A stretch of DNA of 64,000 bases. It comes from an uncultured Jutongia sp. GTDB taxonomy: Bacteria; Bacillota; Clostridia; Lachnospirales; Lachnospiraceae. The stretch spans positions 18,219-82,218 of the forward strand of contig CAZFSU010000011.1 of NCBI GenBank assembly GCA_964521555.1, given 5' to 3'. Shown here in pieces: positions 55,432-64,000 of the stretch. The position numbers and the translations under genes were made by a program. The notes under the pieces are model-generated. The model worked only from the letters and a program-made list of their open reading frames with translations. It did not search any database and was not told where the DNA came from. The first letter of the stretch is position 1. Each line of letters begins with the position of its first letter.

Positions 55432-57207
55432 TTGAAAAAAGAATCCGATTTAAAAAAGCTCTTTGGCTATGCCGGAGGCTATCGATACCTGACGATTGCG
55501 TCATGGATACTGAGTGCCCTCAGTGCTTTGGTGGCGTTGCTTCCATTTGTGTATGTCTGGAAAGTGATAAAGGAAGTGCTGGATGTTGCACCGAATTATG
55601 CAGAAGCATTGTATCTAACCCATAATGGCTGGATGGCAGTGGTATTTTCCATTGCCGCCATTCTGATTTATGTAGCAGGATTGATGTGCTCGCATCTGGC
55701 GGCATTCCGTGTGCAGGCAAATATCCGTTCTCAGGCGATGCACCACATTATCACACTGCCAATGGGATTTATGGACGATATCGGCAGCGGTAAGGTTCGG
55801 AAGATTGTATTTGAATCCAGTGCTGCCACAGAAACGTATCTTGCCCATCAGTTGCCGGATCAGGCGAATGCCTTGGCGACTCCTGTCGGATTGTTGGTTT
55901 TGCTTTTGGTGTTTGACTGGCGTCTGGGGCTTTGCAGTCTGATTCCCATCGTGATTGCCTTCTTGATTATGAGTGCCATGACTGGAAAGCGTATGGCAAA
56001 AAAGATGGAGGAGTATAATAACGCGTTGGGTCAAATGTCCAACGAGGCAGTGGAATATGTCAGAGGTATCTCGGTGGTGAAAACCTTTGGTCAGTCCGTC
56101 TTTTCTTTTAAACGCTTCAAGGAGGCGATTGATAATTATGAGAAATGGGTCATTTCATACACAAAAGATTTGCGGATACCTATGATGTTCTATACTACGC
56201 TGGTCAATGCGATCTTTGCAATTTTGATCGCGGCGGCGCTGGTGATGACATCCGATGGTGTGACCAATGAATTTTTGCTGAATCTGATGTATTACATTAT
56301 CATTACCCCGATCATTACATTGACACTGACAAAAATAATGTATGCCAGTGAGAATAAACTGATTGTGGCGGATGCAATGGCACGCATCGACAGTATTATG
56401 GCTATAAAACCATTGCCGGAATCCCCAAATCCGCAGCATCCTCAGGAAAATTCTGTGGAACTATCCCATGTTACTTTCCGCTATCCGGATGCTGAGAAAA
56501 ATGCATTGGAGGATATTTCCCTGAACATTAAGCCGGGGGAACACATTGCTTTTGTGGGACCGTCCGGTGGCGGCAAGACCACTCTTGCAAGCATCGTGGC
56601 CAGATTTTGGGACGTGAACAGCGGTACAGTCAAGATCGGTGGTGTCGATGTGCGGGATATTGCCAAGGCGGAACTGATGGATACGGTTTCTTTTGTGTTT
56701 CAGGATTCCCGGCTGCTGAAAACTTCGATTCTCGACAACGTGCGTATGGCGAGACCGGATGCCTCCCGTGAAGAAGTATTGCGGGTGCTGCATGATGCAC
56801 AGTGTGATGATATTCTGGAAAAACTTCCGGACGGTGCCGATACCGTAGTAGGCACCGATGGTGTTTATTTGTCTGGCGGAGAGCAGCAACGGATTGCAAT
56901 CGCACGGGTTATGCTGAAAAATGCGCCTATTTTAATATTAGATGAGGCCACGGCATTTGCCGATCCGGATAATGAATCCAGAGTACAGGCCGCGTTTGAC
57001 AAAATGACAAAGGGAAAAACGGTATTGATGATCGCGCACAGACTATCCACGGTGACCGATGCCGACAGGATCGTGGTCATCAAAGACGGCAGAATGGCAG
57101 AATCTGGCACACACGAGGAATTACAGAGTAAGTCTGGATTGTATGCCAACATGTGGAAGCAGTATAATAAGGCTGCGAAATGGAAGGTAGGTGCTTCAAA
57201 TGCTTAA
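55432..57207 (+). CDS. ABC exporter, fused permease/ATPase subunit 1
   Basis: TTG start behind AAGGAGG. 6-TM domain plus NBD with 'GPSGGGKTT', 'LSGGEQQRIAIAR' and 'ILILDEAT'. Confidence 0.9.
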   Translation: MKKESDLKKLFGYAGGYRYLTIASWILSALSALVALLPFVYVWKVIKEVLDVAPNYAEALYLTHNGWMAVVFSIAAILIYVAGLMCSHLAAFRVQANIRSQAMHHIITLPMGFMDDIGSGKVRKIVFESSAATETYLAHQLPDQANALATPVGLLVLLLVFDWRLGLCSLIPIVIAFLIMSAMTGKRMAKKMEEYNNALGQMSNEAVEYVRGISVVKTFGQSVFSFKRFKEAIDNYEKWVISYTKDLRIPMMFYTTLVNAIFAILIAAALVMTSDGVTNEFLLNLMYYIIITPIITLTLTKIMYASENKLIVADAMARIDSIMAIKPLPESPNPQHPQENSVELSHVTFRYPDAEKNALEDISLNIKPGEHIAFVGPSGGGKTTLASIVARFWDVNSGTVKIGGVDVRDIAKAELMDTVSFVFQDSRLLKTSILDNVRMARPDASREEVLRVLHDAQCDDILEKLPDGADTVVGTDGVYLSGGEQQRIAIARVMLKNAPILILDEATAFADPDNESRVQAAFDKMTKGKTVLMIAHRLSTVTDADRIVVIKDGRMAESGTHEELQSKSGLYANMWKQYNKAAKWKVGASNA

Positions 57208-58936
57208 TTATTTAAAACACACTTTCGCCCTCTCGGATAAGGGCGCGAAGGATATGGTAAAGGCGTTTTTTGCCTGCACATTATCAAATCTTGTGCTGAT
57301 GGTACCTGTGGTACTCTTGTATAGCCTGATTCGTGATTTGTTGGACGGCGGTGTTCCGGGTGGGAGAATACTATTCTATACGGCAGGGACTGTGATTGCA
57401 TTGGCATTGATTATGTTGACCACTTATTTTCAGTATAATGCCACCTTTTTTGCCACTTATGAAGAAAGCGGTGTGCGTCGTCTGACTCTGGCGGAAAAAC
57501 TCAGAAAGATCCCTCTTTCATTCTTTGGGAGAAAGGACTTATCCGATTTAACCAGTGTATTAATGGCAGACTGTGCCACATTAGAGAGTGGATTATCCCA
57601 TTGGGTTCCGGAGTTCGTGGGTTCTATCGTTTCTACGATTTTGATTGCTGTGGGTATTTTTCTCTTTGATTGGCGTATGGCGCTTGCCTCCCTCTGGGTA
57701 CTTCCGGTTTCCTTTGGGATCATATTTGCCACAGCAGGTATCATGCGAATCAAGCAGGAAAAAGTGCAGAGAGCAACGGTGGTTTGCTCCGACGGTATTC
57801 AGGAGTGTCTGGAATCCGTGAGGGATTTAAAGGCGAACAATGCAGAGGAAGAGTATATCAAAGGGCTGGATCAAAAAATTAAGGCTGTGGAGAAGCTGAC
57901 GGTTGTTGGCGAATTTACCAACGCAGTATTTAATACTTCCGCGCGCATGATCTTAAAACTGGGTATTGCGACTACAGTATTATTTGGTGGTATGCTGTTG
58001 GTAAAGGGTGAGATAGACTTGCTGATATTCTTTGCTTTTCTGATTTTGGTTTCCCGTGTTTATGATCCGCTGTCGGTGTCACTGGACAACTTAAGTGCCA
58101 TTATCATGATGCGGAACATACAGTGTAAACGAATGGATGAAATACTAAGTTATCCCGTGCAGAATGGCACAGAGATGCTGACAAACCAAGGGTATGACAT
58201 CGTATTTGACCATGTGGGATTTTCCTATAACAGTGGGGAAACGGTACTGAACGATGTGTCCTTTACGGCGAAACAGGGCGAAGTGACTGCTTTGGTCGGT
58301 CCTTCCGGCGGGGGTAAGACAACCGTAACCCGTCTGGCTTCCCGTTTTTGGGATATCTCCAGCGGGACAATTACTGTGGGTGGGATGGATATCTCAAAAA
58401 TAGATCCGGAGACATTGATGTCGTTATATTCGATTGTCTTTCAGGATGTAACGCTGTTTAATAATACTGTCATGGAAAATATTCGTCTTGGTCGAAAGGA
58501 TGCTACTGATGAAGAGGTACTGGCGGCGGCAAGGCTTGCCAATGTGGATGAATTTGCCCAGAAGCTTCCGGATCAATGGAATACTCTGATTGGTGAAAAT
58601 GGCTGTGAACTGTCTGGCGGTGAACGGCAGCGTATCTCCATTGCGAGAGCGTTTTTGAAAGACGCACCAATCATCCTGCTGGATGAAGCTACCGCCAGTC
58701 TGGATGTGGAAAATGAAACACTGATTCAGGAATCATTGTCCCGTTTGATAGAACATAAGACAGTTATGATCATCGCACACCGTATGCGGACAGTCGCCGG
58801 GGCTGATAAGATCGTGGTTCTGGAGGATGGTACAGTGGCAGAACAGGGAAATTCCGGGACATTACTGAAACAGAATGGAGTTTATGCCCATATGGTAAAG
58901 CTGCAAACCCTGAGTCAGAACTGGGTTATGCAATAG
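57200..58936 (+). CDS. ABC exporter, fused permease/ATPase subunit 2
   Basis: Overlaps subunit 1 by 8 nt. 'GPSGGGKTT', 'LSGGERQRISIAR' and 'IILLDEAT'. Likely the heterodimer partner. Confidence 0.9.
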   Translation: MLNYLKHTFALSDKGAKDMVKAFFACTLSNLVLMVPVVLLYSLIRDLLDGGVPGGRILFYTAGTVIALALIMLTTYFQYNATFFATYEESGVRRLTLAEKLRKIPLSFFGRKDLSDLTSVLMADCATLESGLSHWVPEFVGSIVSTILIAVGIFLFDWRMALASLWVLPVSFGIIFATAGIMRIKQEKVQRATVVCSDGIQECLESVRDLKANNAEEEYIKGLDQKIKAVEKLTVVGEFTNAVFNTSARMILKLGIATTVLFGGMLLVKGEIDLLIFFAFLILVSRVYDPLSVSLDNLSAIIMMRNIQCKRMDEILSYPVQNGTEMLTNQGYDIVFDHVGFSYNSGETVLNDVSFTAKQGEVTALVGPSGGGKTTVTRLASRFWDISSGTITVGGMDISKIDPETLMSLYSIVFQDVTLFNNTVMENIRLGRKDATDEEVLAAARLANVDEFAQKLPDQWNTLIGENGCELSGGERQRISIARAFLKDAPIILLDEATASLDVENETLIQESLSRLIEHKTVMIIAHRMRTVAGADKIVVLEDGTVAEQGNSGTLLKQNGVYAHMVKLQTLSQNWVMQ

Positions 58937-59170
58937 GCAGGATAGGAGTTGGTATTTTTAATATTTTTTACACCCCGGACCATAGGAGAAATCTGGTTTT
59001 GCCTGGTGTCGAATTTCGTCAAATCGAGTCGAAGGATGTAGGATTTTTCCGGAATAAATTGTAGACAGACAGATTACAATGAACTATAATTGATATCATA
59101 GACTGAAATAGCAAGGAAAAAGATATGAGATTGTAGATGTATGGATGGTAACAGAGGAGAGGGAGAAGCT

Positions 59171-59743
59171 ATGAGTGCAAAAAAAGTAATGATGAATGTG
59201 CTGGTAAGTCTTATTATCACATCCGTTTTGTGTTTGTCCTATGCTGAGGCATCTAAACTCTTGATTTCCCGGTCATGGAAGATGCAGCAGGATAGTAACT
59301 GGTGTTGGGTGGCTTGTGCTCAAAATAGTGTCATTAATGTGCTGGGGAAGGCGGAGAGCCAGGAGTCCGGGGTGAAACATATTTTTGGGAGTGTGGTCAA
59401 CAAGGGAGCTTCCAATGCGCAAACGGCCCATGTGGCAGAATATTTGAGTAATGATGTCTTAGTATATGGGCATACTGTGACGGGCACGAAGAAAGGGTTT
59501 TCTTTTTTGAAGAAAAAGATAGATGTAGGGTATGTTACGATACTTTCCTCCGGATATTATGATGGTTCCAAAAGAAAAAACGGACATGATGTGCTTATGA
59601 CGGGGTATGATACTGCGGGAGGGAATCATATATATTATTATGATCCTCTGGATGGCAAAGTGAATTTCTGTACTTATAAATCATTTGTGGATGGAACATA
59701 TAATGGTGCTAAGTACGATGGAACAATTTATAATGTATGTTGA
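59171..59743 (+). CDS. Secreted minimal papain-fold cysteine peptidase (C70/C39-like)
   Basis: Signal peptide '...VLCLSYAEA', 'QQDSNWCWVACAQ' (Gln and Cys), 'NGHDVLMTGYD' (His) and 'YYYDPLDG' (Asp). Confidence 0.65.
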   Translation: MSAKKVMMNVLVSLIITSVLCLSYAEASKLLISRSWKMQQDSNWCWVACAQNSVINVLGKAESQESGVKHIFGSVVNKGASNAQTAHVAEYLSNDVLVYGHTVTGTKKGFSFLKKKIDVGYVTILSSGYYDGSKRKNGHDVLMTGYDTAGGNHIYYYDPLDGKVNFCTYKSFVDGTYNGAKYDGTIYNVC

Positions 59744-59784
59744 TCGGTGGAGAAGTAGAGAAATATAAAGGGAGTATGACTTGC

Positions 59785-60987
59785 ATGAGAAATAGTTTGA
59801 AATATATTGGGATGTTTTGTTTGCTGATATTTGTTCTGATGAGTGCGTGTTCAACATCAGTGGATGCAAAGGATATTTTTCGAAATATTAAATTGAATGA
59901 AGGAGAGGCAGATGAGATGGCGCAATCTGTTCGTCTGCGGAATAATAATGATAATAAAACACAGCAGAACAGAAGCCTGATCAACCAGCAGGATACCAAT
60001 GTGGACGTTGAATATTTGTACGACGAAGCATATAGAGTAGTGGTATCAGAACCGGACAAAATCATGCAAGAATATCAAACCAATGATTTCGATGCATTGT
60101 TTACCGGTCAGGAATATATCAAAGTACCGATGATTGATACGGATGGTAACTATGGGATTGCCACTTTTTTGAAACAGGACGATACTGTAGAATTTTTGGG
60201 TGAGAAATATGATTGTTTATCGTCAGATGATCTCATCATCAATCATTTAGATTACATAGAGAAATCCTTTAAGCAACAAACGGATTTGAGTGATATCAAA
60301 GCCGGATATATTCAACAGTATGGAATCTTGTTGCTTTATGCCTGGAATGGTCAGGAAAATTATGTTATGCCATACTTTGAAAATGAGGCAGTGGAAAAGG
60401 CGATGGGAAAACAAAATATCATCGCATCGAAGGTATATGGATCGGATGAATTTTTTGCGTCTATGGAAAATGTGCTTGAAAGGGAGGAAAATACAGAAAG
60501 CGGTGAAGTCAGTGGCGGGCTTGCTTTTAAATCCACAAAACATTCCATCTTCCATAAAGTGCTGATATTTTTGGGCGTTTTTGTCATCGTCTTCCTTATT
60601 ATTATGACAGTTCAGAAGTGGGTGCATAAAAAAGGGATACTATGTGGTGTTGTCGTACTATTCATAATCGTTTTGTCATGTGGTTGGAATCTTTATCATA
60701 ACGGGGTGAAAAAAATAGTTTTTCCGATAATGACCGGAGATAATGAGTATGTCAAAAGAAAAGATATCAATCGTCAGATTAAGTGGATTAACAGTATGGA
60801 GTATGAAGAAATTGAATATAGCAAATCACTGGATCCGGGACAGAAATCAGGAGGATGGGATAATTATTTTGATATTGTATTTTGGGATGGAGAGAAGGAG
60901 TCCTATGTCTATGATGGGGAAGATCCGGAATATGTTTTAATCACAAAAAGGGATAAGACAGCGCACTTATATAAGATTGACAAATGA
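59785..60987 (+). CDS. Lipoprotein-like protein with two internal TM helices, unknown family
   Basis: Lipobox 'FVLMSAC', an outside domain of about 230 aa, TM helices 'VLIFLGVFVIVFLIIM' and 'LCGVVVLFIIVLSCGW', and a C-terminal tail of about 100 aa. It lies 41 nt after the peptidase gene. Confidence 0.6.
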   Translation: MRNSLKYIGMFCLLIFVLMSACSTSVDAKDIFRNIKLNEGEADEMAQSVRLRNNNDNKTQQNRSLINQQDTNVDVEYLYDEAYRVVVSEPDKIMQEYQTNDFDALFTGQEYIKVPMIDTDGNYGIATFLKQDDTVEFLGEKYDCLSSDDLIINHLDYIEKSFKQQTDLSDIKAGYIQQYGILLLYAWNGQENYVMPYFENEAVEKAMGKQNIIASKVYGSDEFFASMENVLEREENTESGEVSGGLAFKSTKHSIFHKVLIFLGVFVIVFLIIMTVQKWVHKKGILCGVVVLFIIVLSCGWNLYHNGVKKIVFPIMTGDNEYVKRKDINRQIKWINSMEYEEIEYSKSLDPGQKSGGWDNYFDIVFWDGEKESYVYDGEDPEYVLITKRDKTAHLYKIDK

Positions 60988-61103
60988 TGAGGCTAAGTGT
61001 ATGCTAACTACTATGGAGGATTCTCATTCGTTGATAAGAACGGTGTAGAAGTGATCGGTTTGATACTGATAACCGGTCAACATAGATAAAGGAGGTACAT
61101 AGT

Positions 61104-61376
61104 ATGTTAGATTGTTTGAAATGTATGAATTTGAAAAAGGCGGGAATATTTGCTGCCGGAGTTGCGTTTGGAACGGCAGGTATCAAGTTCCTTTCCAGTA
61201 AGGATGCCAAAAAGGTGTACACTAACACCACAGCAGCGGCGTTACGTGCAAAGGAATGTGTAATGAAAACGGTATCCACTGTGCAGGAAAATGCAGAAGA
61301 TATTTTGGCAGATGCAAAGCAGATAAATGCGGAACGGGCCGCACAAGAGGATGATGCTGAAGGGAATGAGGCATAG
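61104..61376 (+). CDS. Small membrane-anchored helical protein (DUF6110-like partner of the ATPase)
   Basis: 90 aa with strong RBS AAAGGAGG. 'AGIFAAGVAFGTAGIKFL' helix and an acidic C-terminus. Confidence 0.6.
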   Translation: MLDCLKCMNLKKAGIFAAGVAFGTAGIKFLSSKDAKKVYTNTTAAALRAKECVMKTVSTVQENAEDILADAKQINAERAAQEDDAEGNEA

Positions 61377-61386
61377 TAACAGGAGG

Positions 61387-61420
61387 CTGTTGCAAAACAT
61401 ATGGGATGGTTTTGCAGCAG
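61387..61420 (+). other. Intercistronic hairpin between the small gene and the ATPase gene
   Basis: 12-bp stem CTGTTGCAAAAC / GTTTTGCAGCAG with one G-U pair, a 10-nt loop and no U-tract. Confidence 0.5.
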
Positions 61421-61449
61421 TCTCTTTGACTGACAGGAAGGAATAAACT

Positions 61450-63543
61450 ATGGAATTTTTCGTTAGGCATGAATTTAGAAATAGAATACGAATCCATATA
61501 CGACAATCTCATATGAGTTGTGAACAGGCAGATACGCTGCTTTATTTTTTGGAGAAACAGGAGCAGGTAGTTTCTGCGAAAGTATATGAGAAAACTTGTG
61601 ATGTGGCGGTGGTGTATCAGGGACCGCGAAATGAATTGATCAGGATACTGAAGGACTTTCGGTATGAAAACGTGAAAGTGCCCGCGACAGTGATCGAAAA
61701 TTCGGGAAGAGCATTAAATGAAACATATCGGGAAAAAATGCTTCTGAAAATAGCATTGCATTATGTCTCAAAATGGATTTTACCATCTCCTTTGAGGACG
61801 TGCTGCACTATTTTTGGTGCCATCAAATATATGAGAGAGGGGATTTCCTGTCTCTGGAATAGGAAACTGGAAGTTCCGGTGCTGGATGGCACGGCCATCG
61901 GTGTTTCCGTATTACATGGAGATATCAATACGGCCAGCTCGATTATGTTTATGCTGGGCATTGGCGAGTTGTTGGAGGAATGGACCCATAAAAAATCAGT
62001 GGATGACCTTGCGCGAAGTATGTCTTTAGATATTGGGCAAATATGGGTTTTGCGCGGAGGACAGCGAAGGCAGGTATCTGTGTCAGAAATAGAGCAGGGT
62101 GATATGGTGGTAGTCCATATGGGAACTATGATACCTTTTGACGGGATGGTCATAGAAGGTGAGGGGATGGTAAACCAGGCATCCTTTACCGGGGAAGCGG
62201 TTCCGGTGAGGAAAACCATAGAGAGCTATGTATATGCCGGTACCGTTCTGGAAGAAGGGGAACTGACGATTCTTGTAAAAGAAATTGGAGGCTCCAGCCG
62301 CTTTGATAAGATTGTCAGAATGATCGAAGAGTCGGAAAAACTCAAGTCAGGTTTGGAGAGCAAAGCAGAACATTTGGCCGATAAGCTTGTCCCATATAGT
62401 CTGGGAGGGACGATATTGACGTATTTTCTGACAAGAAATATGACTAAGGCACTTTCGATTCTCATGGTTGATTTTTCCTGTGCCTTAAAGCTTGCCATGC
62501 CCATCTCTGTTTTATCAGCAATACGTGAAGCAGGAACTTATCACATCACTGTGAAGGGGGGAAAATATCTGGAGGCAGTGGCCGACGCTTCTACGATTGT
62601 CTTTGACAAGACCGGAACTTTGACCAAAGCAAGACCAACGGTGGTGGATGTGATCTCTTTCAATGGAGAGGATCCGGATGAACTTCTTCGGATTGCCGCG
62701 TGTATGGAAGAGCATTTTCCTCATTCTATGGCCAAAGCGGTGGTGGATGCTGCCAAAGAAAAAGGGCTTTTGCATGCGGAGATGCATTCTAAGGTGGAAT
62801 ATGTGGTGGCACATGGGATATCCACCACCATAGGAGAGAAAAAGGCGGTTATCGGTAGTTATCATTTCGTGTTTGAAGATGAGGGGTGTACGATTGATGA
62901 CGGCTTGCGGGCGCAATTTGCCGCACTGCCCAAAGAGCGTTCTTATTTGTATATGGCGATTGAGCATAAGCTGGCAGCAGTGATTTGTATCGAAGATCCA
63001 CTTCGGGAGGAGGCAGCGAACGTGATCGACTCCCTGAGAAAGACAGGTTTCTCTAAGATTGCCATGATGACAGGGGATAGCGAAAGGACAGCAGCGGCCA
63101 TTGCGAACAAGGTTGGTGTGGATGAATATTACGCCGAAGTTTTACCGGAAGATAAAGCTCATTATATCGAGAAAGAAAAATCAATGGGTAGAAAAGTGAT
63201 TATGATTGGCGATGGAATTAACGATTCTCCGGCTCTATCTGCTGCAGATGTGGGTATCGCCATAAGCAATGGAGCAGAAATAGCGAGAGAAATAGCAGAC
63301 ATTACCATAGGGGCGGATGATCTGCTTCAGCTTGTGACATTAAAACATCTGAGTGATAGTCTGATGAGACGAATCCAAAAGAATTACCGGAATATAGTGG
63401 GATTTAACACCATGCTAATCATGCTGGGAGTGGGTGGAGTGCTGAGTCCGGCTACAGCAGCTTTATTACACAATACATCAACTCTGGTCATCGGGTTTAA
63501 AAGTATGGAACGTCTCGTGCTGGTTGACAAATCATTGCAATAG
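61450..63543 (+). CDS. P1B-type (heavy-metal) P-type ATPase with a non-canonical TM4 'SCA' motif
   Basis: 'FTGEAVPV', 'FDKTGTLT', 'MMTGDSERTA' and 'GDGINDSPAL'. TM4 reads 'DFSCALKLAMP' and the last TM reads 'LHNTSTLV'. Confidence 0.9.
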   Translation: MEFFVRHEFRNRIRIHIRQSHMSCEQADTLLYFLEKQEQVVSAKVYEKTCDVAVVYQGPRNELIRILKDFRYENVKVPATVIENSGRALNETYREKMLLKIALHYVSKWILPSPLRTCCTIFGAIKYMREGISCLWNRKLEVPVLDGTAIGVSVLHGDINTASSIMFMLGIGELLEEWTHKKSVDDLARSMSLDIGQIWVLRGGQRRQVSVSEIEQGDMVVVHMGTMIPFDGMVIEGEGMVNQASFTGEAVPVRKTIESYVYAGTVLEEGELTILVKEIGGSSRFDKIVRMIEESEKLKSGLESKAEHLADKLVPYSLGGTILTYFLTRNMTKALSILMVDFSCALKLAMPISVLSAIREAGTYHITVKGGKYLEAVADASTIVFDKTGTLTKARPTVVDVISFNGEDPDELLRIAACMEEHFPHSMAKAVVDAAKEKGLLHAEMHSKVEYVVAHGISTTIGEKKAVIGSYHFVFEDEGCTIDDGLRAQFAALPKERSYLYMAIEHKLAAVICIEDPLREEAANVIDSLRKTGFSKIAMMTGDSERTAAAIANKVGVDEYYAEVLPEDKAHYIEKEKSMGRKVIMIGDGINDSPALSAADVGIAISNGAEIAREIADITIGADDLLQLVTLKHLSDSLMRRIQKNYRNIVGFNTMLIMLGVGGVLSPATAALLHNTSTLVIGFKSMERLVLVDKSLQ

Positions 63544-63551
63544 AGTAAAAT

Positions 63552-63587
63552 AAAAGGGATTGTGGTTTGATAACCACAATCCCTTTT
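63552..63587. terminator. Intrinsic terminator
   Basis: 16-bp perfect stem AAAAGGGATTGTGGTT / AACCACAATCCCTTTT with a 4-nt loop. Confidence 0.9.
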
Positions 63588-63629
63588 AAGCAAAGTAGAA
63601 TGACCAGTAGAATGTAGGAGGAAATCACG

Positions 63630-64000
63630 ATGGAAATGTACAATCACCATACAGTGGAAAAGAAATGGCAGCAGGTTTGGGATGAAGAAAAGGCATTTAA
63701 GACGGAGAACGATTATACCAAGCCAAAATTCTATGCATTAGTGGAGTTCCCTTATCCATCCGGACAGGGATTACATGTAGGACATCCGCGTCCATATACG
63801 GCACTGGATATCGTAGCGCGTAAACGTCGTATGCAGGGATATAATGTATTGTATCCGATGGGATGGGATGCGTTTGGTCTGCCGACGGAAAACTATGCCA
63901 TTAAGAATAAGATTCATCCAAAAGTGGTTACGCAGAACAATGTTGCCCGTTTTAAGGAGCAGTTACATTCCCTGGGATATTCTTTTGACTGGGATCGTGA
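63630..64000 (+). CDS. leuS: Leucine--tRNA ligase (5' part, runs off the window)
   Basis: My own translation: '[24 protein letters not shown]...[18 protein letters not shown]' (HIGH motif as 'HVGH'). AGGAGG RBS. Open to the window end. Confidence 0.95.
   Translation, partial: MEMYNHHTVEKKWQQVWDEEKAFKTENDYTKPKFYALVEFPYPSGQGLHVGHPRPYTALDIVARKRRMQGYNVLYPMGWDAFGLPTENYAIKNKIHPKVVTQNNVARFKEQLHSLGYSFDWDR

Noticed and set aside
55241-58986. Identical 10-mer GGACCATAGG on both sides of the ABC exporter pair (55241-55250 and 58977-58986), as possible target-site duplication of an inserted cassette
   Set aside because: Thousands of repeated 10-mers are expected by chance in 64 kb, and the match does not extend by a single base. 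No transposase, integrase or terminal inverted repeats are present. I kept it only as a note.
61060-61088. TTGATA-N17-TAGATA as the promoter of the small-protein/ATPase operon
   Set aside because: The -10 ends only 2-3 nt before the AAGGAGG RBS, so the transcript would start inside or after the RBS. This is not credible without transcription-start data.
63544-63629. Possible T-box leader upstream of leuS
   Set aside because: Only 86 nt are available, and most of that is the 16-bp terminator hairpin of the ATPase operon. There is no room for Stem I, a specifier or an antiterminator.
1-64000. Scan for CRISPR arrays, tRNA/rRNA genes, known riboswitches, IS elements, integrases and prophage or defence gene signatures
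   Set aside because: I recognised none by eye. Intergenic regions are short (mostly under 150 nt) and are explained by promoters and terminators. Small ncRNAs cannot be excluded without covariance-model searches.

Overview
All calls come from reading motifs, RBSs and hairpins by eye. No BLAST, HMM or folding was run, so family names are recognitions, not search results.

The window looks like a core chromosomal segment of a Firmicute. Gene content and synteny suggest Clostridia, possibly Lachnospiraceae, but the taxon is inference. I count about 60 tightly packed protein genes, roughly 50 of them on the + strand.

Most genes are housekeeping:
- Central metabolism and biosynthesis: proA, hydF, PFOR (nifJ), ackA, a DAHP synthase, galM and a GH29 fucosidase.
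- RNA modification and processing: rsmE, a cysteine desulfurase with thiI, mtaB, a trmR-like O-methyltransferase with a U32 peptidase, rlmI, tmcAL, RNase J and RNase H.
- Conserved B. subtilis-like blocks: yrzL-yrrK-yrzB...yrrL-yrrM-yrrO, and a broken ylbM...rpmF block.
- The window ends in the 5' part of leuS.

I recognised no rRNA, tRNA, CRISPR array, transposase, integrase or phage gene, and no classical defence island.

The accessory-looking or under-described parts, none of which I can prove novel from sequence alone, are:
1. 59.1-61.0 kb: a secreted minimal papain-fold cysteine peptidase paired with a lipoprotein/2-TM protein of unknown family.
2. 49.9-54.5 kb: an ECF sigma, a DUF4825-type anti-sigma and two FtsX-type permeases, whose ABC ATPase gene is reduced to a frame-broken remnant.
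3. 27.1-30.7 kb: a Big_2-serpin fusion next to a second, paralogous ECF sigma/anti-sigma pair. Both sigma operons are preceded by the same TGTAACGAAA element.
4. 61.1-63.5 kb: a P1B-type ATPase with a non-canonical TM4 'SCA' motif, a Cys-poor HMA-like domain and a small membrane partner.
5. 32.8-34.2 kb: a PurF-like protein lacking the N-terminal nucleophile Cys.
6. 34.3-35.4 kb: a cytoplasmic PAS domain fused to a CPBP/Abi membrane domain with degenerate catalytic motifs.
7. 17.6-17.8 kb: an HPr-like protein without His15.
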